Of a stretch of DNA of 64,000 bases, positions 8,293-18,182 are shown piece after piece. Made by a program: the position numbers and the translations under genes. This DNA comes from Candidatus Desulfaltia sp. GTDB taxonomy: Bacteria > Acidobacteriota > Aminicenantia > Aminicenantales > UBA8522. The stretch spans positions 3,812 through 67,811 of the forward strand of contig DATKXS010000151.1 in assembly GCA_035528895.1 (NCBI GenBank). Reading direction: 5' to 3'. A model generated the notes under the pieces. That model saw nothing but the letters and a program-made list of their open reading frames with translations, was not told the DNA's origin and searched no databases. Position 1 is the stretch's first letter. Every line of letters begins with the position of its first letter.

Positions 8293-9558
8293 CTAAAGAT
8301 CCGTTTTGTATCTGAGGCGGAAGTGGGAGGGGGTGATCTTTTCGAGCTTCTTGAAATTCTTGGTGAAGTGGCTCTGGTCGCAATACCCGAGCTCGGCGGC
8401 CAGCTCGGCCAGCGAGATATCGCTGTTCAGGAGAAGGTATTTCGCGTAATCGAGTTTCAGCTTGTTGATATAGCCCGTCAAAGCCATCCCCGTCTCTTGC
8501 CGAAACAAGTGAAGCGCCCGGCTGACGCTGAGCCCGGCTTCCCCGGCGACATCCCGGGCGGTGATCTTGCCGGTGAAGTTCTGCTCGATGAAATCGCGCA
8601 TCCGCTGGCACCGGACCTTCCTCTTTTTCCCTTTGCTCAACGAAACCTTGGCGATGAAATTCTCCAGGACCCGGGTGACCTTGAAGAGCAACTCCTCCAG
8701 GTCCGTCACCTTGCTGAGCTCGGTGAGATAGGAATAGTTGAGCCCGAGGAGCTCCTGGGCTCCGACCCCGGCCTCGATGGCCGCCCGGGAGATGATGACG
8801 ATGAGCTCGATGATCCGGACCTTGATCACCTCGAAGTTCATCCCGCTCTCGAAGAAGATCGAGCCCAGGAATTCGTTCAGGATCTCCCGAGCCCCGGCCC
8901 TGTCCCCCAGCTTCACCTTCTGGATGATCTCGTCCTGTTTGTCCAGGATCTTCCGGGCAATGTCGGGGTTTTCCCTCTTCAGTTTTTCCAGGAAGTTGGC
9001 GATCTTGTATTGCTGAATGTATTTTTCGTTCCGCTCCCTCAGAAAAGCGAGGTCGTTGATCTGGTGTTTTTGGGTCAGGGACATGAGCTGGGAGACGGCC
9101 TCTTTCGCCCTCCTGAGAGAGATATCCCTGACGCCCTGAGCCCTGAGGCCGAGCGGCTTTGCCGCCGCGCCGAATCTGGCCAGGTTGGCGGAGACTTCTT
9201 CGGCAAAATCCTCCTTCATTTCGGCAAAGATGGCGAATCCGCTGATCAACCCGCCCTTGAGCTTCTTGTGCTGGACGATGGGTACCGCGAAGAGAACAAA
9301 TCCCAGCGGGCAGGTTGTGATGTAGCCCTCCCCCCAGCGGAATGATTCCTCGACAGCCTGAGCCATCTTCTGGCGGCAGTTCTTGCCCAGCTTCTCCTCT
9401 CCGCCGGCAACGGCTTTCCGGCAAAAGTCGCAGCCTCCGGAACTGTGGATGATCTTGCCCCCGAGGTCGACCAGGACCAAGTGAAGGCCCGTCTTTTGCC
9501 GGTACTCCGCGGCGAGGGATTTGAACCGGACCGCGGCTATGGTTTTCCCCGTCTCCAT
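8293..9558 (-). CDS. AraC-family transcriptional regulator with N-terminal PocR-type sensory domain
   Basis: The C-terminal 100 aa are a canonical AraC HTH pair (...ARDVAGEAGLSVSRALHLFRQETGMALTGYINKLKLDYAKYLL...DISLAELAAELGYCDQSHFTKNFKKL). The N-terminus (HSSGGCDFCR...ITTCPLGF) matches the PocR ligand-binding domain. The likely start is METGKT (ATG complement at 9556-9558); the track ORF extends to 9591. Confidence 0.75.
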   Translation of the reverse strand: METGKTIAAVRFKSLAAEYRQKTGLHLVLVDLGGKIIHSSGGCDFCRKAVAGGEEKLGKNCRQKMAQAVEESFRWGEGYITTCPLGFVLFAVPIVQHKKLKGGLISGFAIFAEMKEDFAEEVSANLARFGAAAKPLGLRAQGVRDISLRRAKEAVSQLMSLTQKHQINDLAFLRERNEKYIQQYKIANFLEKLKRENPDIARKILDKQDEIIQKVKLGDRAGAREILNEFLGSIFFESGMNFEVIKVRIIELIVIISRAAIEAGVGAQELLGLNYSYLTELSKVTDLEELLFKVTRVLENFIAKVSLSKGKKRKVRCQRMRDFIEQNFTGKITARDVAGEAGLSVSRALHLFRQETGMALTGYINKLKLDYAKYLLLNSDISLAELAAELGYCDQSHFTKNFKKLEKITPSHFRLRYKTDL

Positions 9559-9620
9559 TCTGGTATAATCCCGGAGAGCATTATCTAGCAAAATTATACA
9601 AGAGAAGACCGGAAAAGGCC

Positions 9621-10259
9621 ATGCGGACCCTGACCGAGATCGCGGCGAGTGTCGAGGCCGGGGATTCGGCCAGGGTCAAGGAGCTGACCCGGAAGGCCCT
9701 TTCTCAGGGACACCGCCCGGAAAAAATCCTGGACGACGGCCTAATCCAGGGGATGTCGGCAATCGGGGAGAAGTTCAAGAGCAACGAGGTCTTCATTCCG
9801 GAGGTCCTGATCGCCTCCCGGGCCATGAATGTTGGGCTGGAGATCCTTCGCCCGCTCTTTTCCCCCGAGCGGGAGCATTTCAGGAGGAAAATTGTCCTGG
9901 CCACGGTCAAAGGGGACCTCCACGATATCGGCAAAAAAATCGTCGGGATGATGCTCGAAGGAGCCGGGTATAAGGTCGTGGACCTGGGAATCGATGTCCC
10001 CAAGCGAACGATCGTCCGGGCCGTCAAGATTAATCGGCCGTCCGTCCTCGGGCTGTCCGCCCTTCTCACGACGACCATGTCCTATATGAGGGATGTTGTC
10101 GAGGCCATAGAACACGCTGGGCTCAGACGCCGGGTCCGGATCGTCATCGGAGGTGCTCCCGTAACGCGCTCCTACGCCGACGAGATCGGGGCCGACGGCT
10201 ATGCGCCCGATGCGGCCTCTGCTCTAGAGGTGGTCAAGAGACTGTCGGCCAAGAAATAA
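9621..10259 (+). CDS. Cobalamin-binding corrinoid protein (MtaC/MtbC/MttC-like)
   Basis: 212 aa. Cap helical domain followed by a Rossmann B12-binding domain carrying the DxHxxG motif (GDLHDIGK), SALLTTT and GGAP. Confidence 0.8.
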   Translation: MRTLTEIAASVEAGDSARVKELTRKALSQGHRPEKILDDGLIQGMSAIGEKFKSNEVFIPEVLIASRAMNVGLEILRPLFSPEREHFRRKIVLATVKGDLHDIGKKIVGMMLEGAGYKVVDLGIDVPKRTIVRAVKINRPSVLGLSALLTTTMSYMRDVVEAIEHAGLRRRVRIVIGGAPVTRSYADEIGADGYAPDAASALEVVKRLSAKK

Positions 10260-10269
10260 GGGAGGGAAG

Positions 10270-11055
10270 ATGAAGATTGCGGTGTCCGGGAAAGGAGGAG
10301 TCGGCAAGTCGACGATCGCCGGGATCTTGGCTCATTATTTTGTCCGGAACGGCTACAAGGTCCTGGCCGTCGATGCCGATCCCGACGCCAACTTGGCAGC
10401 CGCTCTCGGGATCCCGAAGTCAGAGACGCAAAGGATCTTGACCATATCTCAGCAGAGGGATCTCATCAAGGAGAGAACGGGCGCTTCTCCCCGGCAATTC
10501 GGCCAACTGTTTAAGATCAACCCCCGGGTCGATGATATCCCCGAGGACTACTCGTTCCCATTTAGGGGCATCCGGCTCTTGGTCATGGGGGCCGTTCGCA
10601 AGGGAGGGGAAGGATGTGCCTGCCCCGAGAATGTCCTGCTCAAGAGTCTGCTCTCTGAGATCATCCTGCGCCGGGATGAAGCCGTCATCGTCGACATGGA
10701 GGCTGGAATTGAACATCTGGGCCGGGCCACGGCGTCGGCCATCCAGGAAATGATCATTGTCGTTGAGCCCGGCTCCCGGAGCGTCGACACGGCTCTGACC
10801 ATCATGAGGCTGTCTCGGGACATCGGCCTTCAGGAGTTCCGGATTATCGGCAATAAAGTCCAGGACGATGACCAGGAGCGCTGGATTCGCTCTCATTTTC
10901 CGCCCGCCCTTATCTTAGGCATGATCCCCTACAGCGAGTCCATCCGGGACGCTGACCGGAGTGAACAGCCGCTCATCGACATTCTGGATGACCGGCTCCG
11001 GACGGAATTCAGGTCGATCTTCTCGGCCCTGATCAGCGGTCGACATCCGGCCTGA
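10270..11055 (+). CDS. cooC: CooC/AcsF-type Ni-insertion accessory ATPase for CODH/ACS
   Basis: Deviant Walker A SGKGGVGKST and the conserved Cys-x-Cys metal-binding motif (GEGCACPEN) typical of CooC. Confidence 0.75.
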   Translation: MKIAVSGKGGVGKSTIAGILAHYFVRNGYKVLAVDADPDANLAAALGIPKSETQRILTISQQRDLIKERTGASPRQFGQLFKINPRVDDIPEDYSFPFRGIRLLVMGAVRKGGEGCACPENVLLKSLLSEIILRRDEAVIVDMEAGIEHLGRATASAIQEMIIVVEPGSRSVDTALTIMRLSRDIGLQEFRIIGNKVQDDDQERWIRSHFPPALILGMIPYSESIRDADRSEQPLIDILDDRLRTEFRSIFSALISGRHPA

Positions 11056-11176
11056 AATTGGCCGGTATTTTTCCGGTAAAAATAGCATGATTATACGAAT
11101 TCTTACCCCCTCATTCCTATATTCCCAGTCGCAAAAAGGATATCCTGGATCCGGGAGATAAAGAGCGAGGTCTATC

Positions 11177-12217
11177 ATGAGCTTCAACCCTCAAGGTTTG
11201 GCCACGGCTATCGGCAGTCTGCCCCATCAGAGCCCCGAGGCGGCCTGCCGGGCCGTCTTGGACAGCATCCCGGAAATCCCGATCTGGCCCCAGCTTCCAG
11301 CTTTGGATTTCCGGGAAAGCATGGAGATTCAATACTCGGAGGGTCTTCCCGGTGTGGTCCTCGATCCCGTCGGCCGGAGGATGCATTTCGATACCGGCGG
11401 GGACATTACCCTGGGGCTGGAGAAGTTCTACGAGAACTATATGGCCGAGAACCTCGAGTACTTCCGGATCTCTCCGGGTTTCAGCCGGGGTATCTACGAG
11501 ATGGAGAGAATGTTGGCCGCGCAGAAACCGGCCGGTCTCCGCTATTTCAAGAACCAGGTGACCGGCCCCATTACCGTCGGCCTCGGCCGCACGGACGAAA
11601 AGAAGCGCTCCATCTATTACAACGAGATGATGAGGGATGTCATAGTCAAGGGCGCCGAGATGAAAGCCCGCTGGATGTTGACCCGGTTCCGGGCGCTCGG
11701 GGTGCCGCAGCTCTGCTTTATCGACGAGCCGATCCTGTCGGCCTTCGGTTCCTCGACCTATGTCAGTGTCCAGCGCTCCGACCTCGTTCAATACCTGCGG
11801 GACGTCATCGCGGCCGTCCACAAAGAGGGCGGCTTGGCCGGAATCCACTGCTGCGGGAATACCGAATGGACGATTCTCGTCGATGCCGGCACGGACGTCA
11901 TCAGCTTTGATGCCTTCGACTATGGGGAGACCATCGCTTACTACCCCGGTCCGATGAAAGACTATCTGGAGAGGGGAGGGGTGCTGGCCTGGGGCATCGT
12001 TCCGACTTCGGCCAAGATCGCCGCGGAAACCCCGGAAACCCTGCTCGGGCGGCTTCGTTCGGCCGTCGAAAACCTGGCCGGCAAGGGGATCCCGAAGAGC
12101 CTGATCTGGGAAAAGTGCCTGGTCACGCCGAGCTGTGGGACCGGTACGCTTCCCGTAGATTTGTCGGAGAAGGTTTTTGCCCAGTTGGGCGAGGTGAGCC
12201 GCCGGTTGCGGGCTTAA
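11177..12217 (+). CDS. URO-D-family zinc methyltransferase (MtaA/MtbA/MtsA-like methylcobamide:thiol methyltransferase)
   Basis: 346 aa. GIHCCGNT near residue 215 and VTPSCGTG near residue 318 mirror the MtaA zinc-ligand pattern (LHICGN ... PGCGI). Size and (beta/alpha)8 organisation are consistent. Confidence 0.55.
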   Translation: MSFNPQGLATAIGSLPHQSPEAACRAVLDSIPEIPIWPQLPALDFRESMEIQYSEGLPGVVLDPVGRRMHFDTGGDITLGLEKFYENYMAENLEYFRISPGFSRGIYEMERMLAAQKPAGLRYFKNQVTGPITVGLGRTDEKKRSIYYNEMMRDVIVKGAEMKARWMLTRFRALGVPQLCFIDEPILSAFGSSTYVSVQRSDLVQYLRDVIAAVHKEGGLAGIHCCGNTEWTILVDAGTDVISFDAFDYGETIAYYPGPMKDYLERGGVLAWGIVPTSAKIAAETPETLLGRLRSAVENLAGKGIPKSLIWEKCLVTPSCGTGTLPVDLSEKVFAQLGEVSRRLRA

Positions 12218-12261
12218 ACACCTGAGCCGGAAAACGGGAGAAATCGTTCGGACAGGAGACA

Positions 12262-14196
12262 ATGTCGAAACCGAAAAGCATAGACAAAACGGTCAACGAG
12301 ATGCTCGAGCAGGCCAAGGCCAAAGGCCTGGAGACGATCTGGGACAGGGCGGACGAGCAGACGCCCCACTGCGGGTTCGGGGAGCAGGGGGTTTGCTGCC
12401 ATGTCTGCTATATGGGGCCCTGCCGGATCAACCCGGCTGGAAAAAAGCCGCAAAAGGGCGTCTGCGGCGCCACTGCCGAAATGATCATCGCCCGGAATTT
12501 CTGCCGGAGGATCGCTGCCGGGACGGCCGCTCATTCCGAACACGGACGGGAGGTGGCCAAGACCCTGCTTTTGGCGGCCACGAACCCCGATTCGGGATAT
12601 GCCATCCGGGATGTCCGGAAGCTCAAAAAGGTCGCTCAGACTTTCGGCGTCTCCATCCAGGACAAACCCAACGACCGGATCGCCCTCGAGGTGGCCGAAC
12701 AGGCTTTGGCCGATTTCGGCCGGCAGGAGGGCGAGATCTCCTTTATCAAAGTGGCCCCCGAGAAGCGGCAGGCTCTCTGGCGTAAGCTGGGCGTCGTGCC
12801 GCGGGGTATCGACCGCGAGGTGGTCGAGATGTTGCATCGGACCACCATGGGAGTGGACCAGGATCACCGCAACATCATGCTCCAGGGTGCCCGGACAGCT
12901 TTGGCCGACGGTTGGGGCGGGTCGATGGTTGCAACTGAGCTCCAGGACATCTTGTTCGGGACGCCGTCCCCGATCCGCGGGCAGGTCAACCTCGGCGTCC
13001 TCTCCAAAACCGATGTCAACATCGTCGTCCACGGACACGAGCCGGTCCTCTCGGAGATGCTCGTCGCGGCTTCCAGGGATAAAGAACTCCAAGCGCTCGC
13101 CAGGTCGGCGGGAGCGACCGGGATCAACCTTGCGGGCATCTGCTGCACGGCTAACGAGATCCTTATCCGCCACGGGCTGCCGATCGCCGGGAACATCCTG
13201 CAGCAGGAGCTGGCCGTGGCCACAGGGGCAGTGGACGCGATGATCGTCGACGTCCAGTGCATTATGCCCTCGCTGCCCCAGATCTGCAAGAACTTCCACA
13301 CGCTGCTCATCACCACTTCGCCCAAGGCCAAGATCGACGGGGCCCGGTCTGTGGATATTCAGGCGGAGAACGCCTATCAGGGGGCCAGGACGATCATCCG
13401 GGAGGCCATCACCAACTACGCTAACCGCGGTGCGGTCGACATCCCCCGGGACAAGATGGACCTCGTCGCCGGTTTTAGTCATGAGGCTATCACTTACATG
13501 CTGGGCGGCTCTTTCCGCGGTTCCTATGTACCCCTTAACGATAACATCATCAACGGCCGGATCAAGGGAGTCGCCGGAGTCGTCGGCTGCTCCAACCCGA
13601 AGACAACCCACGACAAGGGGCACGTCGGCCTGGTCGAAGAGCTCATCGCCAACGATATCCTCGTCGTTCAGACCGGCTGTTCCGCCATCGCCTGCGCTAA
13701 GGCCGGGTTGCTGACTCCGGAATCGGCCATCAAGTACGCGGGTAAAGGCTTGGCCGAGGTCTGCCAAGCTGTCGGCATGCCCCCGGTTCTCCACTCCGGG
13801 TCGTGCGTCGACAACAGCCGCATCCTGATCGCTTTGACCGAGATGGTCAGAGTCGGGGGTTTGGGTCAGGACATCAGCGACCTGCCGGTGGCCGGTGCGG
13901 CTCCGGAGTGGATGAGCGAGAAGGCTATCGCCATCGGGCAGTACTTCGTCGCCTCCGGCGTGTTCACTGTCTTCGGCATCGGGCTCCCGATCACGGGAAG
14001 CGAGCTTTTTTGCCGCCACATCTTTGACGAGTACAAGGACCTTTTCGGCGGCCATTGGGCGGCTCAGCCCGATGGAACCAAGATAGCCGGTATGATCATC
14101 GACCATATCCACGCCAAACGGGAGAAGCTGGGCATCAGCAAGGGCAAGGAAAGGGTGTTGTTCGATATGGAGATGCGGCGTCAACTGGACGTGTGA
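12262..14196 (+). CDS. cooS: Anaerobic carbon monoxide dehydrogenase catalytic subunit (CooS / AcsA, Ni-Fe-S)
   Basis: 644 aa. The N-terminal Cys cluster HCGFGEQGVCCHVCYMGPC...KGVCGA (D- and B-cluster ligands) plus C-cluster region motifs support a CooS-family CODH. Confidence 0.9.
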   Translation: MSKPKSIDKTVNEMLEQAKAKGLETIWDRADEQTPHCGFGEQGVCCHVCYMGPCRINPAGKKPQKGVCGATAEMIIARNFCRRIAAGTAAHSEHGREVAKTLLLAATNPDSGYAIRDVRKLKKVAQTFGVSIQDKPNDRIALEVAEQALADFGRQEGEISFIKVAPEKRQALWRKLGVVPRGIDREVVEMLHRTTMGVDQDHRNIMLQGARTALADGWGGSMVATELQDILFGTPSPIRGQVNLGVLSKTDVNIVVHGHEPVLSEMLVAASRDKELQALARSAGATGINLAGICCTANEILIRHGLPIAGNILQQELAVATGAVDAMIVDVQCIMPSLPQICKNFHTLLITTSPKAKIDGARSVDIQAENAYQGARTIIREAITNYANRGAVDIPRDKMDLVAGFSHEAITYMLGGSFRGSYVPLNDNIINGRIKGVAGVVGCSNPKTTHDKGHVGLVEELIANDILVVQTGCSAIACAKAGLLTPESAIKYAGKGLAEVCQAVGMPPVLHSGSCVDNSRILIALTEMVRVGGLGQDISDLPVAGAAPEWMSEKAIAIGQYFVASGVFTVFGIGLPITGSELFCRHIFDEYKDLFGGHWAAQPDGTKIAGMIIDHIHAKREKLGISKGKERVLFDMEMRRQLDV

Positions 14197-14197
14197 T

Positions 14198-16403
14198 CAT
14201 GTCGAGGATCATAGCCACGCGAGCCATCCGGGGCGCCCACAAGCTGGTGGCCCGGGCCGAACGGGAGCTCCTCCGGGCCATCGAAGAAAAGGGAGCGGAC
14301 GCCCGGGTAGAATTCCCCAACACGGGCTACTATCTTCCCATCTCGCACGGGATTCTCGGGCTGAAGATCGAGACTCTGGGCGGCCTGCGGGAGCTGCTGG
14401 CCGAAGCCCAAGAGCTGCTGCCTCCGGTCCCCTCGGACAATCTCTGGCTCCCCTATCTGGGGAATACGCTCGACGCCGGGATGGCGACACTGTTCGCCGA
14501 TGAGATCATCGAGGCCATCAAGTACACCCAGGACCCTCTCCCATATCTTACCGGGTCCAACCCGAGAGACGGCCGTCTCTGGCTCGGGGCGGCCAACGAT
14601 GTCATTATGCGCGAGCGGGGCATCGAGTTCGTCGACAACACCGCCCCCGGGTTTGCCGCCTGTGTCGGCTGCTGTCCGACGAACGAGATCGCGGTCAGGA
14701 TCGCCAGGGAACTCCAGGAAAAGAACCTCTATGTCTTCATGTCCGCGGCGACGGACGGAAAATCCATGGCGCGGCAACTGGCCGAAGAGGGGATCGAGAT
14801 GGGTTGGGAGACAAGGCTCGTCCCCTTCGGTGATGATGTCACGGCCACCGTTCACGCCCTGGGGTTCTCGACGAGGGTGGCTCTTTCCTTCGGGGGCGCC
14901 CAGCCGGGGGATTACCAGCGTGTCCTTCGCTACAACAAGAACAGGGTTTTCGCCTTCGTATTGGCCCTGGGCCCGGTCGATGACGAAAAGCATGCTCAGG
15001 CGGCCGGGGCCATCAACTACGGGTTCCCGACGATCGCCGACACGGATATCGACAGCATCCTGCCGACGGGCATCTGCACCTACGAGCACGTCGTTTCGCC
15101 CGTTCCCCTGGAAAGGATCGTTTCCAAGGCGATCGAGGTCCGGGGACTCAAGATCACCGTCACCAAGGTTCCGATTCCCGTGCCGTTCGGCCCCGCCTTC
15201 CAGGGAGAGCGGGTCCGGAAAGAGGACATGTATGTGGAGCTGGCCGGGACAGACAAACCGGGCTTCGAATATTTGACCGGCCGGAGCCTGGAGGAGGTCG
15301 AGGACGGGAAGATCGAAGTCATCGGGCCGGAGATCGAGGACATGGAAGAGGGCAGCCAGCTTCCGCTAACCCTCTGGGTGGAAGTCGCGGGCCGCCAGAT
15401 GCAGCCCGATTTCGAGCCGATCCTGGAGCGGCGCCTGCATGATTTCATGAACATGGCCCATGGCGTTTTTCATATGGGGCAGCGGGACATCAACTGGGTC
15501 CGGATCAGCAACGAGGCCAAGGGAGCCGGGTTCCGGTTCCGTCACTTCGGCTCGATCATCCACGCCAAGCTGCACGGCGAGTTCGGCAAGATCGTCGACA
15601 AGGTCCAGGTGCGGATATACACCCGGGAGAAGGAGATCCGGGAGCTCATCGAGACCGCCCGGACAGTCTACCGCCGGCGTGATGAACGGCTGGCCGATCT
15701 GACCGACGAGGCCGTCGAGACCTTCTATTCGTGCACCCTCTGCCAATCCTTTGCCCCGAATCATGTTTGCGTCATCACCCCGGAACGCTCCGGCCTCTGC
15801 GGCGCCTATAACTGGCTCGACGGCAAGGCCGCCCACCAGATCAATCCCACCGGCGCCAACCAGCCCATCTTGAAGGCCCAGGTCATCGACCCGGTCAAGG
15901 GGCAATGGCAGGGGATCAATGAATTCGTCCTCAACGCCTCGCACAAGACGCTCCAGGTCTTCAGCGCTTACAGTATTATCGACAACCCCATGACCTCCTG
16001 CGGCTGCTTCGAATGCATCTCCTGCGTCCTCCCTTCCTGCAACGGGATCATGACGGTCTACCGGAATTTTCCCGGGATGACGCCGAGCGGGATGAAGTTC
16101 TCGACCCTGGCGGGGACGGTCGGGGGAGGCATCCAGACGCCCGGGTTCATCGGCCACAGCAAGCACTATATCAGCAGCCGGAAATTCATCAGCGCGGAGG
16201 GCGGAGCCAGGCGAATCGTCTGGATGAACCGCGAGCTCAAGGAAGAACTGGACTCACAGTTGCGCGAGATCGGCCGGCGCGAAGGGATCGAGAACTTCCC
16301 GGAGATGATCGCCGACGAGACCGTGGCCGTGACCGAGGAAGAAGTGCTTCCCTATATCACCAGGATGAACCATCCGGCGCTGGCCATGCCGCCTTTGTTT
16401 TGA
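14198..16403 (+). CDS. acsB: Acetyl-CoA synthase (AcsB; CODH/ACS alpha subunit, A-cluster)
   Basis: 735 aa from the ATG 1 nt after the cooS stop. A-cluster ligands are present: SCTLCQSF...HVCVITPERSGLCGA and the Cys-Gly-Cys motif (MTSCGCFECISC). The track ORF (14055-) is over-extended upstream. Confidence 0.9.
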
Positions 16404-16418
16404 GAGGGAGACCCGGAC

Positions 16419-17171
16419 ATGAAGACGATCGCCATCGCCGGCAAGGGAGGGACGGGGAAATCGACCCTCGCCGCCCTGGCCGTCCGCCGGCTGAAAGAGA
16501 GGAAAGGCGGGTCAATCCTGGCCGTCGACGCCGACTCCAACGTCAATCTCAACGACCTGCTCGGCGTCCCGCTCAAGGAGACGGTCGGGGCCATCCGGGA
16601 AGAGATGAGAACCCGGATCTCCGAACTTCCCGGAGGGATGACCAAGCAGCAATTCCTTGAATACAAGATCCAGACGAGCCTGGTCGAGGGACCGGATTTC
16701 GACCTCATCGCCATGGGCCGGCCTGAGGGTCCGGGATGCTACTGCTACGCCAACAACCTGCTCCAGGATATCCTTCGAACGCTCTCCGCCAACTATGACT
16801 ACGTGGTGATCGACAACGAAGCCGGGATGGAGCACCTGAGCCGCCGGACCAGCCAGGCCATCGATTGTCTCCTGATCGTCTCCGACGCCACGGCCCGGGG
16901 GATCGCCACGGCCGGGAAAATCAGCCGGCTTCTGACTGAGCTCGAAACCCGCGTCGGCCGGAAATATCTCGTCCTCAACCGCGTCGCCGGGCCTCTGTCG
17001 GACCCCGTCGAAGCCGCCATCCGCGAAGAGAAGTTCACGCTCCTCGAGACGATCCCGGAGGACGATGCGCTCTTGAAGATGGACCGGCAGGGAATCCCCG
17101 TCTATTCGGTTTCCGCCGGCTCCCCGGCCTACCGGTCCGTCAGCCGGATGATGGACAGACTGGACCTCTAA
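16419..17171 (+). CDS. cooC: CooC-type Ni-insertion accessory ATPase (second copy)
   Basis: AGKGGTGKST Walker A and a Cys-x-Cys motif (GPGCYCYANN). It sits between acsB and acsD, as in acetogen acs operons. Confidence 0.8.
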   Translation: MKTIAIAGKGGTGKSTLAALAVRRLKERKGGSILAVDADSNVNLNDLLGVPLKETVGAIREEMRTRISELPGGMTKQQFLEYKIQTSLVEGPDFDLIAMGRPEGPGCYCYANNLLQDILRTLSANYDYVVIDNEAGMEHLSRRTSQAIDCLLIVSDATARGIATAGKISRLLTELETRVGRKYLVLNRVAGPLSDPVEAAIREEKFTLLETIPEDDALLKMDRQGIPVYSVSAGSPAYRSVSRMMDRLDL

Positions 17172-17183
17172 GGGAATCGAAGC

Positions 17184-18182
17184 ATGACCATCGATATTCC
17201 AAGAGAAGCCAACCCGGGCAAGATCATCGAGGTGACGATCGGGGCGACGGCTGACCAGGGCGGGACGCGCTCTCACACCGTGACCCTCGGCGGGAGCACG
17301 GCCCTGCCGTTTCATTTTTTCGAGGGGGACCACCCCCATCGGCCCGTCGTGGCCATGGAAGTCTTCGATTCGGTCCCCGCCAAGTACCCGGATTCCCTGC
17401 GGGATTACACCCATGACGTCCTGGCGAAGCCCGCTGAGATGGCCCGGCGGTGCGTCGCGGAATGGGGGGCGGAGATGATCAGCGTCCGGCTGGAAGGGAC
17501 TCATCCCGAGAAAAGCAATAAAAGCGCCGAAGAGGCCGTCGAGTTGGTCAAGGAAGTCCTGGCCTCGGTCCAGGTCCCGTTGATCATCACCGGACACAGC
17601 CATTTCGAGAAGACGAACGAGGTCATGAAAAAGGTCTGCGAGGCCACGGCAGGAGAGAACTGCCTGATCAACTATGTCGAGACGAACAACTACAAGACGA
17701 TCGCCGCCGCCTGTTTGGCCTATCATCATAGCCTCGTGGCCCAGTCTCCGATCGATGTCAACCTGGCCAAACAGCTGAATATCCTCCTCACCGACATGAA
17801 CTTTCCTCCGGCCAGGCTGGTGCTGGACCCGCTGACCGGAGCCCTCGGCTACGGTCTGGAATATACCTATTCCATCATGGAGAGAATCCGGAATGACGGC
17901 CTGGCCGGCGACCCGATGCTGGCCTTCCCGATGCTCACGACACCGGGCTTCGAATGCGCCAAGGTCAAAGAGGCCCGGGCTCCGGAGAAAGACTATCCTG
18001 GATGGGGTGATGAGAAACGCCGGGGCGCCTATTGGGAGATCGCCACAGCGATGAGCCTGCTCGTCGCCGGCGCGGACCTGTTGATCATGGCCCATCCCGA
18101 GGCCGCCGAGGTCGTCCGCAAGCAGATCGCCGAGATGTCCGATTCCGGAAAGGAGGGAGTCCGTGGCGCTCTCCGGACTTGA
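17184..18182 (+). CDS. acsD: Corrinoid iron-sulfur protein small subunit (AcsD / CdhD-like)
   Basis: 332 aa TIM-barrel-like subunit. Positioned immediately before, and overlapping by 20 nt, the [4Fe-4S]-containing large subunit. Confidence 0.75.
   Translation: MTIDIPREANPGKIIEVTIGATADQGGTRSHTVTLGGSTALPFHFFEGDHPHRPVVAMEVFDSVPAKYPDSLRDYTHDVLAKPAEMARRCVAEWGAEMISVRLEGTHPEKSNKSAEEAVELVKEVLASVQVPLIITGHSHFEKTNEVMKKVCEATAGENCLINYVETNNYKTIAAACLAYHHSLVAQSPIDVNLAKQLNILLTDMNFPPARLVLDPLTGALGYGLEYTYSIMERIRNDGLAGDPMLAFPMLTTPGFECAKVKEARAPEKDYPGWGDEKRRGAYWEIATAMSLLVAGADLLIMAHPEAAEVVRKQIAEMSDSGKEGVRGALRT

Noticed and set aside
7795-9424. 516-aa plus-strand and 399-aa minus-strand ORFs overlapping the AraC/PocR regulator
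   Set aside because: They are alternative-frame or antisense ORFs. The AraC frame has a canonical HTH and PocR domain, and the others are Arg/Gly/Pro-rich artefacts.
12214-14184. 656-aa minus-strand ORF across cooS
   Set aside because: Antisense to the unmistakable CODH catalytic subunit. The composition is a GC artefact.
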